Part shown: piece by piece, positions 1-9,374 of the stretch
Position numbering within the stretch: position 1 is the first letter of the stretch
Layout of the letters: each line of letters starts with the position of its first letter
Source: an uncultured Candidatus Sumerlaeota bacterium
GTDB taxonomy: Bacteria > Sumerlaeota > Sumerlaeia > SLMS01
NCBI GenBank assembly: GCA_964346275.1
Contig: CAYFUR010000002.1
Location: 36,929-100,928 of the forward strand
DNA: 64,000 nucleotides
Direction of reading: 5' to 3'
Program-made: the position numbers and the translations under genes
The notes under the pieces: model-generated
The model's database searches: none
Seen by the model: the letters and a program-made list of their open reading frames with translations, nothing else
What the model was told of the DNA's origin: nothing

Positions 1-3000
1 CCTGCCAGACATGAACCGCCTCGGCGGTTTCCCCGGCGGGAACACGATCGAGCAAAACCTCAGCGATCTTGTTTTCCTCGGTTTGCTGGCGCGATTCATA
101 GAAACTCACCGAAACAGATTTCGCGTCCGTTTCGCCCTTGTTGGCCACCTTGGCAATCAGAACGACATCGCCACGCTCTTGGCCCCGGCCGACGATCAGT
201 TCGCCCGGCTCCAGATCTGCCTTCTCGCGCACATGAAGGGGAATGGGAAGGCTGTTGTTGGATTTGTCCGATTCGATCAGGCGGTCCGAGGCGTCAATAC
301 GAGCAAAAATTTCATAGCGCCCCGCATTATCTGCGGGATCCCAACGCAACCGTATATTCCGGCTCTCTCCCGGCGCAATGGGAGCGACCGAGATCAGATC
401 GCTCCCCGTCATATCGCGCAACACCTCTCCATGTTCAAAACTCTCATCGAGAAAGAGTCCGGCTTCCACCGGCGGAGAAGGCACTCTGCCTCGATTCTCG
501 ACTTGCAGGTCCACAAAGACCGTCAGTCCGTCGGACAAAGGCCGCGGAGAGACTTCGACAGAACCAGGCACGATCGCGAGATCGGGAAGCTTTGCCGGCG
601 GGAAATCCCAAAACACCCTCTGGGGTTCGCGACTCTCTGGATCGTCTATTGTTTCCATCGCGACCTCGATTTCCACTGGCTCTTCGATTTGCAGGGGGAG
701 GGAGACACTTTCATTCACGAGTGCGCTCCTTCCGGCGGCGACTCGGAACTGGGGCCGTTCGAATGTGTCCGCCTGGCGCCCTTTATAGACGACCCGGCCC
801 GTGATGACCACGTTACGATCGTCCGAGCCAGTATTATATACGATCATGGCCAGCCTGGGTGAGCCGCTTACGCCGGTGGCCGAAGAGAGTTCAATGCTTT
901 CCCGGGCGATCTCGACCCTGCCCCTGCCGGATTCTGGAACGATGAAGAACTTGTTTGCAGAGCGGCTCGGCAGGTTGTCCTTCATCCAGGCATGACTGGG
1001 ATGCTCAAGCCGAAACCGGGCCGTATATCCACCAGGACCAGGCACATCAAAACCGATCTTCCGAAAGATCCGCTCCCGGGGTTCCAGCTCCAAATCCTCT
1101 TCCTCGCGCTGGAGTACCGCGCCATCCGCAGTCCGCAGCTCACTCACCAAATGGGCCGTTCGCGCCTCCTCCATTTGATTTCCGATCACGAGAGACCACG
1201 CCTTTTTGCCAGACGGGGCCTCCTCCGGACCCAACTCGTTCAATTCCTCCAGAAGCACGTCTCCGCCAAGGCGGACCAGCCTTGCATCCGATGGTCTGAG
1301 CGCCTTCTCTTCCCCGCTCTTGCCGGGCGGCAGGCGAAGCGTCGGATCTCCGAGGAACAGAAACATTCGCGAGTGATTATCCCGCGGCTCGTGGGCTTGA
1401 TAGTAGATGCGAGACAGTTCCGCCAAAACGCCTTGGCTTCGCACACCAAGGTTCGTCCAGGCACGGAGAAAGCCTTCCGCCATGACTTTGTGATCGTTCA
1501 GAAAGCCAGGGCCCGAGGGCATGAAGGCGCCGATCGCACCCTTGCCCGGATGGCGCATAAAATCCTCTGCAATGCACACATTCCACGGGCGCAGAGGATA
1601 GTCCACCACGGCGTTATTACAGGTGAAGGAAGTAACAAAGGGAAGGCGTTCGCCGTTCTTCAGACGCAGGATATCGCTGTTAGGCGTCCCGCCGCCGAAC
1701 CAGAATCGCTGGTTGCTCCAGAGATTCGGCGCCCCGTGGCCAAAGAACATCACAACACCGGCGCCCTGGTTAAACTGATTTTCGATGGCGGAAGTCAACA
1801 GCGGGCTGACCTTGGAGTCCTCTTCACGCCTGATGAGATGTTCGGGAAGGTAATAATTATCTTCCCAGGCAAAGCTGTCTGCCGCGAGCATCCGATGCTC
1901 GAAGTCCCGGGCCAGGTGCCTGCCTGTCACTTCGTCCAGCGATTCGGCAAATCCACCGGTGTCAGCCACCGAGAGGAGGCGGCCCGCCCACTCCGAAGGA
2001 ACATCCTGTTGCTGTCTATATGTTGAGGCGTTCCGAACCCAGGACAGCGCGTCCTCGGGAGTCGTGCTCGAAACGCGGCCAATGATCAGGTCCGCCGCCT
2101 CGTCCGATCCGGTGAGCCAGCTATACAAGCTATCGGTGGAAAAGCGAGCCTTCTGGCGTCCCGTGAGCTGGCGGGTCAGCGGGATCGGCATGTAGTTGGG
2201 CACATCGTCTCCGGAAAGATTGCGGCCATCGCTGCTGGAATCGCCAATCAGAATCGCGGCAACCGGGCGCCTGCCCTCCCACTCGGTAACAGCTCTGGCC
2301 AGGAAACGCCGGATCGCCTCGCTGGAAAGCTCTCCGTAGTTAAAGGACTCATAGAGAGTTTCCACATCAACGGCCAGCGGCTCGTAACCCTGCTTTTGCA
2401 AATCACGGGCGAGCAACTGGGCCGCTTTCTGAAAAAGCTGATGGTGAACGATCAGTATATCAGCGGATCGATCGGTCTTTGTCCAATCGATCCATCTGCT
2501 GCGGCTCGGCGCGGGCGCCTTCGGAACAGATGCCTTCGCTGCAACAAGGAGATCCGTATCAGGAGCGACTTCACAGGAAAGGAAAGTACCCTCTTCGCCT
2601 TCGGCTGGCGTGAGAAGTGACGGAGAATCTGGCTCGGTCAAGTCCAGGACCCAGAAATCGTCCGCCTGCCAATTGCTGAAATCGAGGCGTTTCAGACCAG
2701 GTTCGAAAGCGGAGATCTCCGGAAAATGAATGGGATACGCTTCCAGACCATCCAAGGCGAATCGGCTTGGATAGCGAATTTCGAGATTGTCGAGCCAGAT
2801 TGCGGATTGCTCCGGAGCGTCCGGCGTGCTGGAGCGCGTTTCCACAATTTGAAGCGACATTCTGTTCCTGTGCCGCTGAAACTCGTCGGCGCGAAAGCTC
2901 ACGGGATAGGAATTCTGTCGAAAAACGAGTGCGATTCGCCTCTCCCCACCGCCGTTCAAAGAGTAGGAAAGCTCCTTATTCCGGAGGTAACGTTGCTCCG

Positions 3001-4282
3001 GCGTATAGATGTTCAGCGTGAGAGTCGTGGAATCATCGGCGGGGCTGGCGACAAGGCCTGGCAAGTCGAATTGGATTTCCGTTTCGTCCTGTTCGTAAAG
3101 ATCCGCCCACGTCCAGGTGATATTCTGAATACTCAGAAAGGCACCGAAATCGGTCTGCCGCTCATTATCTTCTTCAACAACAATGCGGCGAGTGAACTGG
3201 GAAAGCGCCTCTCCCCCGCCGCCAGACTCCGGAGATTCCATCGCCGCGAATTCGCGGCCTTCGGGCAAGCTGCCAAGATAGTAAACGCTTTCCAGTGTTT
3301 CTTCCGAGTCGTTCCCCTCGGCGTAAAAGATCAGCTCGCGCCCCTGGTGAAAGCCGCTGCCGCCTTCTGCTCCCGATTTGTCTATCAGGTGAATGGGGAC
3401 CCTGGAACCTCTGTGTAGAATCTGGACGCGTTCCGGTTCGATGGTGCTGGAATCAATCCCGGCCTGGGCGAACCACTGGCCATCGATCTTATAGAGGCCA
3501 TCTTTCCTGATTGGTATTTTTAACCATGGAATACGGGGAGAGTCTTCAGGCCGCGGCTGCCATTCCGCCGGGCTTTCCAGGGACGTGTAGACTTCCTGCT
3601 GGAGAAACCGCTCGAAGACTTCCGGCACGAGCAGCGTCTTTTCGATCATATCGCGATAGAGAGTGCCGTCTTCCCAGGCCGCGTCGCTCGATGGCTGCGC
3701 TGGTTCCGCCGCCTTGGGATAGCGCGCGGCGAGTTCGTAGGAAGCGATTTCGTAAACTGAGCCCTCATGATGCACTCGAACGGGATGGCGAACAGCCAGG
3801 CGCCCGGCGCGCAAACCACGAAAATGGCCAAATTCACCCAGTTCGATTTGTTTCTCAATCCGCGGAAGCACGTTTCTCTTCAGAAGACTCTTTTCCTCGG
3901 AGAAGAGATCGACTTCCTCGCCGGTTTTCAAAGAGCGGAGTGAAAGCGCCTGAATATCAAGCCCGAGGTCGCCCTCGGGAATCGCAAAGAGATAGACATC
4001 ATGGGTGTCGTGGCGAATGGGGACTTCGCGCCTGATCGTGGTCGCCTCGGCAGAGACCACCACATTTTCCGGACGTGTCAGCAGGCCTTGCGGGGGACGC
4101 CCGTCGTAGAGAGCGGTTTCGGATCGTTCGGGGGCTGCCGCTTCAGTAAGGGCCTTGGACTCGGCCGCGTTCGAGCGTGACGACTCGGAGCAGCCGGACG
4201 CCGTCAGTCCGAAGAGGAGCAACGTGGTCAGCAGGAGTTGGAGTGTCAGAGGGGATCCGGATGGTGTGGAAAAGAGTATCAT
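1..4282 (-). CDS. Peptidase C25 (gingipain-like) family lipoprotein with C-terminal CARDB-like repeats; 3' end lies beyond base 1
   Basis: Absent from the ORF track because no stop codon falls inside the window. A hand check of the minus frame (forward triplets starting at positions = 2 mod 3) found no tta/cta/tca from 4279 down to 2, giving 1427 open codons. ATG is at 4282-4280, with an in-frame upstream stop at 4309-4307. N-terminus MILFSTPSGSPLTLQLLLTTLLLFGLTASGCSES is a signal peptide plus lipobox Cys. C25-type catalytic contexts are VVMFFGHGAPNLW (His codon 1736-1738) and LPFVTSFTCNNA (Cys codon 1619-1621). The distal part carries PDLAIVPG...VENRG-type CARDB-like repeats. Plus-strand ORFs 11-862, 992-2026, 2726-3418 and 3511-4035 are antisense shadows. 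Confidence 0.8.
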   Translation of the reverse strand, partial: MILFSTPSGSPLTLQLLLTTLLLFGLTASGCSESSRSNAAESKALTEAAAPERSETALYDGRPPQGLLTRPENVVVSAEATTIRREVPIRHDTHDVYLFAIPEGDLGLDIQALSLRSLKTGEEVDLFSEEKSLLKRNVLPRIEKQIELGEFGHFRGLRAGRLAVRHPVRVHHEGSVYEIASYELAARYPKAAEPAQPSSDAAWEDGTLYRDMIEKTLLVPEVFERFLQQEVYTSLESPAEWQPRPEDSPRIPWLKIPIRKDGLYKIDGQWFAQAGIDSSTIEPERVQILHRGSRVPIHLIDKSGAEGGSGFHQGRELIFYAEGNDSEETLESVYYLGSLPEGREFAAMESPESGGGGEALSQFTRRIVVEEDNERQTDFGAFLSIQNITWTWADLYEQDETEIQFDLPGLVASPADDSTTLTLNIYTPEQRYLRNKELSYSLNGGGERRIALVFRQNSYPVSFRADEFQRHRNRMSLQIVETRSSTPDAPEQSAIWLDNLEIRYPSRFALDGLEAYPIHFPEISAFEPGLKRLDFSNWQADDFWVLDLTEPDSPSLLTPAEGEEGTFLSCEVAPDTDLLVAAKASVPKAPAPSRSRWIDWTKTDRSADILIVHHQLFQKAAQLLARDLQKQGYEPLAVDVETLYESFNYGELSSEAIRRFLARAVTEWEGRRPVAAILIGDSSSDGRNLSGDDVPNYMPIPLTRQLTGRQKARFSTDSLYSWLTGSDEAADLIIGRVSSTTPEDALSWVRNASTYRQQQDVPSEWAGRLLSVADTGGFAESLDEVTGRHLARDFEHRMLAADSFAWEDNYYLPEHLIRREEDSKVSPLLTSAIENQFNQGAGVVMFFGHGAPNLWSNQRFWFGGGTPNSDILRLKNGERLPFVTSFTCNNAVVDYPLRPWNVCIAEDFMRHPGKGAIGAFMPSGPGFLNDHKVMAEGFLRAWTNLGVRSQGVLAELSRIYYQAHEPRDNHSRMFLFLGDPTLRLPPGKSGEEKALRPSDARLVRLGGDVLLEELNELGPEEAPSGKKAWSLVIGNQMEEARTAHLVSELRTADGAVLQREEEDLELEPRERIFRKIGFDVPGPGGYTARFRLEHPSHAWMKDNLPSRSANKFFIVPESGRGRVEIARESIELSSATGVSGSPRLAMIVYNTGSDDRNVVITGRVVYKGRQADTFERPQFRVAAGRSALVNESVSLPLQIEEPVEIEVAMETIDDPESREPQRVFWDFPPAKLPDLAIVPGSVEVSPRPLSDGLTVFVDLQVENRGRVPSPPVEAGLFLDESFEHGEVLRDMTGSDLISVAPIAPGESRNIRLRWDPADNAGRYEIFARIDASDRLIESDKSNNSLPIPLHVREKADLEPGELIVGRGQERGDVVLIAKVANKGETDAKSVSVSFYESRQQTEENKIAEVLLDRVPAGETAEAVHVWQ

Positions 4283-4427
4283 GCGCGCGCCAGTCAGCGG
4301 GAAATATCATTGGCGGCGGGACCATACTCGATTCAGAGAAAAGAGCAAGCAGCAAGCATGCGCCGACCGCCACTCTTCCGCCTTCCGATAACCGACCCGG
4401 GCCAGAGCTGTTTCGTTTGACTGGTCA

Positions 4428-5732
4428 TCAGCCGCCGCGCCCCAGAAGGCCTAGCTGGCGGGCGGCTCCTTCGATGGCCTCCAGGGCTCGCGCCAGCTGG
4501 TCTTCCGTGTGTGTGGCCATAATGCTCAGGCGAATCAGCCCTCGATTCGGCGGTGAGGCTGGGGCAACAACCGGATTTACGAAAACTCCCGCATCGTGAA
4601 GCATTCGCCAAAAGCGAAAGCACATCTCGGTCTCGCCCACAACAACAGGAATGATCGGCGTTTCCGAAACTCCCGTGTCAAAGCCCATGCGCCGAAGGTT
4701 TTCCAGCATGAATCGGGTGTTTTTCCAAAGCAGCTCAAGGCGTTCTGGCTCCTCGAGAATGATCTCGATCGCTTTTCGCGCCGCGGCGACACAGGCCGGG
4801 GCCATGGAGGCGGAAAAAATCAGCGAGCGCGCATGATGTTTCAGGTAATCGATCACAACCCGGTCACCGGCAACAAAGCCACCGATGGAAGCCAGGGATT
4901 TGGAAAACGTCCCCCCGATCAGATCGATTTCCTCGGTCAATCCGAAGTGATCCGCCGTGCCGTTACCAACCTTCCCGAGCACCCCAACCGAGTGGGCATC
5001 GTCCACGAAAATCGTGGCCTCGTGTTTCTTGCAGACTTCCACAATCTCCGGCAGGCGGGCGATATCCCCCTCCATGGAGTAAATTCCGTCCACTACCACC
5101 ATTTTGCCTTTGGCATTGCTCTGGCCCAGCAGCCGATCGAGATCGCCGACATCATTATGGAGAAACTTCATCGTCTTGCCAAAGCCGAGGCGGGCACCAT
5201 CGACGATGGAGGCATGATCTGTTCGATCGATGAAAATGCTGTCTTCCCGGCCAACAAGGGCGGAAATGACCCCCAGGTTCGTTTGGTAACCGGTCGTGAA
5301 GCAGAGAGCCGCTTCTTTTTCCAGATAGTCGGCGATGAGCTCTTCCAGCTCGATGTGGATCTTGAGAGTACCATTGAGAAAACGCGAGCCCGCGCAACCG
5401 CTGCCATACTCCTCGAGCGCCTTGGCTGCAGCTTCTTTGACCCGAGAGTCGCTGGTGAGGCCCATATAGCTGTTGGAGCCGAGCATGAGCATTCGCTTGC
5501 CCGCGATCTCCACCTCGGTGTCCTGGCCGGATTCGATCGTCCGGAAATAGGGATAGATACCGAGGCTCCGCAATTCGTCCGCGCGAGTGAACCCCCGGCA
5601 TTTTGCCAGGAGAGGAGTACTCTTACTGGACGAAATCTGACTGGGGCGTGGAGCCGTGCGATGTCTTGCCGCAGCGCCCGGGCTCATGAGTTTGTGACGC
5701 AGATCTTTGCTGCCGCCAACCGTCTGGTCCAT
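4428..5732 (-). CDS. Alpha-oxoamine synthase family PLP enzyme, serine palmitoyltransferase-like (BioF/Kbl not excluded)
   Basis: ORF 4428-5783 (-). Motifs: LMLGSNSYMGL, YGSGCAGSRFLNGT, FVDDAHSVG, GGTFSKSLAS (PLP lysine), FVNPVVAPASPPNRGLIRLSIMATHT. The start codon at 5783 is TTG. The first ATG is at 5732, with a weak GGAA upstream. Confidence 0.8.
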   Translation of the reverse strand: MDQTVGGSKDLRHKLMSPGAAARHRTAPRPSQISSSKSTPLLAKCRGFTRADELRSLGIYPYFRTIESGQDTEVEIAGKRMLMLGSNSYMGLTSDSRVKEAAAKALEEYGSGCAGSRFLNGTLKIHIELEELIADYLEKEAALCFTTGYQTNLGVISALVGREDSIFIDRTDHASIVDGARLGFGKTMKFLHNDVGDLDRLLGQSNAKGKMVVVDGIYSMEGDIARLPEIVEVCKKHEATIFVDDAHSVGVLGKVGNGTADHFGLTEEIDLIGGTFSKSLASIGGFVAGDRVVIDYLKHHARSLIFSASMAPACVAAARKAIEIILEEPERLELLWKNTRFMLENLRRMGFDTGVSETPIIPVVVGETEMCFRFWRMLHDAGVFVNPVVAPASPPNRGLIRLSIMATHTEDQLARALEAIEGAARQLGLLGRGG

Positions 5733-5912
5733 CGAGGAAGTTCCTATGCGGTGGAATCCTGGTTTTGCCCCAATCTTCGGCAAACCATTCTGGGGGGTGG
5801 GCCGTCACCTTCGGCGTAATTTATTCCAGTATTCAAGCCCTGCAATCAGACCGGGACGAAAACACTGTCAAACAGATTGTGGATGCAAAATAGTGAGAGC
5901 AGGGGACTTGGG

Positions 5913-5927
5913 GCAACGTTTTTCCCA
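5913..5927 (-). promoter_or_regulatory. Candidate sigma-54 (-24/-12) promoter for the alpha-oxoamine synthase gene
   Basis: The minus strand reads TGGGAAAAACGTTGC. GG and GC are separated by 10 nt, as in the consensus TGGCAC-N5-TTGC. The -12 TTGC is exact and the -24 reads TGGgAa. It lies ~180 nt upstream of ATG 5732, in the intergenic region shared with the divergent sigma-54 activator gene. Support is a single motif match only. Confidence 0.3.
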
Positions 5928-6084
5928 CATGAGAAGGCCTTGGATATCTTCCTGACAGAAGGCGCTTTATTGATTATTTCGCCCCGCCCGAAACTTGCAT
6001 GACATTGAGGAACAGCCTTGCCATGCCTTGCGACTGTGCTTCAATTTGAAACATGATCAGATGCAGTGGCCCTTTGGATGAAAT

Positions 6085-7689
6085 ATGGATCATCGAGATC
6101 ATCAATCTCTTGTCGTCCCCTCCCAGGCAAACAAGGCGGTTTTAAGGCCCGGGGGGGAGTCGGTCTTGATCGAAACCGCCCCGCGGTGGCTCACCTCTTC
6201 GCTGGGGCATTCGCACAGTTTCCCCGAAGAAGTACAGGCCGGTTTGGCGGCGGGTCACCCGCTTGGTTTTCTTATCTCCACCGCCTTGGATATTGTCCGG
6301 AATCGGCTCCCATTGCACGATTTTCTGGCCGAGAGAGAATCAGAAAACGGAGACCTCCTGGCCATCCTGATGCAAGGACGTCTCGAAGAAGACCCCGATG
6401 AAAGGCCACAGCGCGGCCCCGCAGTCGTCCTTGATCTGCGCGAGGTAACGGAAATCGTCCGTGCCCGCCGCCAGGCGGCGGCGATCGGGGCATTCCATGG
6501 GCTCGTGGGCCAATCGCTTCCGATGTTCACGCTGTTCCATAAAATCGCCACATATGGCCCAACAGAAGCCCCCGTGCTGATTACCGGAGAAACGGGGACG
6601 GGAAAGGAACTGGTCGCCCGTGCCTTGCACGACCGGAGCCGCCGGTCCGACGGGCCTTTTGTCGCCGTGAATTGCAGCGCCCTGACACCGGAGCTGTTCG
6701 AGAGCGAACTCTTTGGCCACGAAAAGGGCTCTTTCACCGGTGCTCACCGCCAGCACCGGGGCCGCTTTCAACGCGCTGATGGCGGGAGCCTTTTCCTCGA
6801 CGAAATCGGCGACATGCCGCTCATGACCCAGTCGAAGATGCTCCGGGCTCTGGAAGAGGGGATCGTCGAGCGGGTCGGCGGCGAGCGCGAAGAGCGCGTC
6901 GATGTGCGCATCATTGCGGCGACGAACATCACCCTCGAGCAGGCCGTTCAGACGCGTCAATTTCGCGCGGACTTGTATCACCGGCTTTCGGTGTTGCGGG
7001 TCCATGTTCCCGCGCTCCGCGAGCGCAAGGGAGACTTGCCGCTTTTGATCGATCATTATCTGGATCTCTTCAATCGGCGCCACGAAAAGAACGTGCGCCG
7101 GGTCACGCCGGAAGCTCTCAAGATCATGGAGGCGTATCACTGGCCGGGTAACGTTCGAGAGCTGCGCAATGTCCTGGAACGCCTCGTGATCGAATCCCAG
7201 GGCGAGGCGATCGGGGGCAACGCCCTTGCCCATTGGATGGAAGAACGGGAATATCTGATGCCCGGCTCCTGGAATGCCGATGCGTATTTCGCACCGCGCG
7301 AGCCCATCTACGCGGGTGGAGTGCCACCAAGTTCGCGCTCCGACTGGCACCCGGAACACGCGCCCAGGGAAACCGGCCCGATGCAAGGGGCGCGGTTCTG
7401 GGGTGATCCGCCCCGGAGAGACCGGCTTCAGCTCCCGATGCCTTCCTCGGTCATCGAAGCCGCCCCGATTTCCCTTTCCGAAGAGGAAAAAGCCTCGGCT
7501 TCGGAAAGCCCCCCGGAGGCCGTAGAGCTGACTCCCGAGACGATTCGCGGGGCTTATCGCCAATCGAAGGGCAACCTGACCCGCGCGGCATCCCGGCTCG
7601 GCATCCACAAGGCGACTCTCTATCGCCACATGAAACGCCTTGGCCTGAGCAGAGAAAACTTGGAGAAAGACGATGAAAGTGGCACCTGA
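6085..7689 (+). CDS. Sigma-54-dependent transcriptional activator (bacterial enhancer-binding protein, NtrC family) without a receiver domain
   Basis: AAA+ core with Walker [15 protein letters not shown]-loop variant [17 protein letters not shown] (Walker B) and RVIAATN. C-terminal Fis-type [29 protein letters not shown]. The N-terminal ~150 aa show no receiver-type signature. A ~110-aa P/S/R-rich spacer sits between the AAA+ core and the HTH. Confidence 0.9.
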   Translation: MDHRDHQSLVVPSQANKAVLRPGGESVLIETAPRWLTSSLGHSHSFPEEVQAGLAAGHPLGFLISTALDIVRNRLPLHDFLAERESENGDLLAILMQGRLEEDPDERPQRGPAVVLDLREVTEIVRARRQAAAIGAFHGLVGQSLPMFTLFHKIATYGPTEAPVLITGETGTGKELVARALHDRSRRSDGPFVAVNCSALTPELFESELFGHEKGSFTGAHRQHRGRFQRADGGSLFLDEIGDMPLMTQSKMLRALEEGIVERVGGEREERVDVRIIAATNITLEQAVQTRQFRADLYHRLSVLRVHVPALRERKGDLPLLIDHYLDLFNRRHEKNVRRVTPEALKIMEAYHWPGNVRELRNVLERLVIESQGEAIGGNALAHWMEEREYLMPGSWNADAYFAPREPIYAGGVPPSSRSDWHPEHAPRETGPMQGARFWGDPPRRDRLQLPMPSSVIEAAPISLSEEEKASASESPPEAVELTPETIRGAYRQSKGNLTRAASRLGIHKATLYRHMKRLGLSRENLEKDDESGT

Positions 7690-8005
7690 GCCTCTCAGCA
7701 GAGCGGAGCAGGAACTGGAAGATATGCTTTCGGAGACCTCCGAGCCCGTCATGATTGTCTTCGTGGAGAGCTATCATCCGGGGGCGCGTTTGATGGCCAG
7801 CCGGCTCCAGGAACTGATGAGGGAGTTCCGTGGACTGCGCCTGGTCCAGCTTGAATTGACGCGTTACCGCAATTGGGCGGAACGGCAACGCGTCTATGGA
7901 ACTCCATCCATCCTTCTCTTCAGGGAAGGAAAATTCCTCCATCGCATGATCGGACTTGTCGATAAAGAGCCTGCCAGGGAAATGTTACTGAAGCATCTTG
8001 GCTGA
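7673..8005 (+). CDS. Thioredoxin-fold protein lacking the CXXC active site
   Basis: 110 aa. The VMIVFVESYHPGARLM ... YGTPSILLFREGKFL pattern matches the thioredoxin strand order and cis-Pro position, but the WCGPC position reads SYHPGA, with no Cys. GGAGA lies 6 nt before the ATG. The start overlaps the end of the activator gene by 17 nt. Confidence 0.6.
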   Translation: MKVAPEPLSRAEQELEDMLSETSEPVMIVFVESYHPGARLMASRLQELMREFRGLRLVQLELTRYRNWAERQRVYGTPSILLFREGKFLHRMIGLVDKEPAREMLLKHLG

Positions 8006-8024
8006 AACCGGGAAACGAGCGGAC

Positions 8025-9374
8025 ATGGCGACAGCAGAAGAAAAGTCCAATGAAAAGAAAAAAGACGCCCTGTCGGGTTCCTTTCCTCTCTGCCTGACCA
8101 TCACCGAACCGAATGGCCGAGTCAGCTCGCTGCTCTTCGATCAGAAGGAAATCACTCTCGGACGCTCGGCGGAAATGGACCTGCATTTCAATTCGCGGGC
8201 CTACGCCATGGTTTCCCGGCGCCATGGGCGCCTGCTGATCGACGAGGATGAGAGCCAAGTCTATTTCGTCGACGAAAACAGCACGCAAGGCTCCTGGATC
8301 AAGGGGAGGAAGATTAAGGGCTCTGTCGCCCTGAACCAGGACGATGGAATCACAATCGGCCGGGATGGACCCACTGTGTTCGTTTCCTGGCCCCGGGAGC
8401 GGATAACGGGCAAAGCGGGAACCCACCTGCGCTATCATTCAAACGTGCGGGCGCCTTATTTCCCTCTTGTTTTCTCCGAAGGCTTTATTGATCGGTTCAA
8501 GAGCTATCGGAAGATTGGTATGGGTGGATTCGGAGAAGTCTGGCGGGCCAACCCCAGCGACGGCAGCGAACCCGTCGCCATCAAGTTGCTCCATCCCCTG
8601 CTGCTCGATCCGGAATATCTGGGCACACACGACCGCGATGCAATCCTGAGGCGTTTTCGCCGCGAAGCGCGAGTTCAGCGCCTGCTCTCCGAGGCCGGCG
8701 TGCCAGCGATGGTTCGCGTGCGCCGATGGGGCGACGACCCCGAACGAGATTACGTCTATATGGTCATGGACCTTGTGGACGGGAAGACGCTGGACCGGAT
8801 TATTGTGCGCGAGCAGCCCCTGGAGCAAGCGCGCATCGCGCGTTATCTTCACGATGTGGCTCGAGCACTCCAGGCTGCCCATCATTTTGAGTTCGAAGAC
8901 GACAACGGGCGTGCCTGCCGCGGCGTGATTCATCGTGACGTGAAGCCCAACAACATCCTTGTCGATTCTGAAAGCGACAGTGCCAAACTCGTTGATTTCG
9001 GAATCGCCGGGATCATGCAGGGAGGCGAGCGGCTGACCATGACCCGGATGGCCATCGGCACACGCCAGTTCCTCCCTCCGGAATCACTGGAAGGGGCGGA
9101 AATGTCTCCAGCAGCAGACTTGTGGGCGCTCACCGTGACCCTTTACATGGCGCTCAGCGGAGGGCGCTTTCCTTTCCAGAGCGAATCCGACCCCACACTC
9201 ATGAATGCCATGAAAAGCGGCGCGGTGATTCCCATCCAGGGGTTCCGCCCGGACGTGAAACCCATCCTTCGCGATGCGATCGATCGCGGCCTGGATCCAA
9301 GGCCATCGGAACGAATCAACTCGGCCGAAGAGTGGGCGAATATCTTTTCCGAAGTAATGAATTCCGCATCCTGA
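8025..9374 (+). CDS. Cytoplasmic Ser/Thr protein kinase with N-terminal FHA domain
   Basis: FHA: ITLGRSAEMDLHF...VSRRHGRLLIDE...YFVDENSTQGSWIKGRKI. Hanks kinase: GMGGFGEVWRA, VAIKLL, HRDVKPNNILV, DFGIAG, LPPE. No TM segment. The ORF opens at TTG 7998, overlapping the Trx-like gene. The first ATG is at 8025. Confidence 0.9.
   Translation: MATAEEKSNEKKKDALSGSFPLCLTITEPNGRVSSLLFDQKEITLGRSAEMDLHFNSRAYAMVSRRHGRLLIDEDESQVYFVDENSTQGSWIKGRKIKGSVALNQDDGITIGRDGPTVFVSWPRERITGKAGTHLRYHSNVRAPYFPLVFSEGFIDRFKSYRKIGMGGFGEVWRANPSDGSEPVAIKLLHPLLLDPEYLGTHDRDAILRRFRREARVQRLLSEAGVPAMVRVRRWGDDPERDYVYMVMDLVDGKTLDRIIVREQPLEQARIARYLHDVARALQAAHHFEFEDDNGRACRGVIHRDVKPNNILVDSESDSAKLVDFGIAGIMQGGERLTMTRMAIGTRQFLPPESLEGAEMSPAADLWALTVTLYMALSGGRFPFQSESDPTLMNAMKSGAVIPIQGFRPDVKPILRDAIDRGLDPRPSERINSAEEWANIFSEVMNSAS

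Noticed and set aside
6340-7752. Many long ORFs on the strand opposite to real genes or in alternative frames, for example 6340-7752(-), 26000-27238(-), 37741-39090(+), 40132-41151(-), 47278-48456(-), 48206-50629(-), 54386-56203(+), 61390-62460(-) and 62668-63732(-).
   Set aside because: Their translations are Arg/Gly/Pro/His-rich and low in complexity, with no motifs. Each overlaps a gene with clear family signatures. Long antisense open frames are expected in GC-rich DNA.
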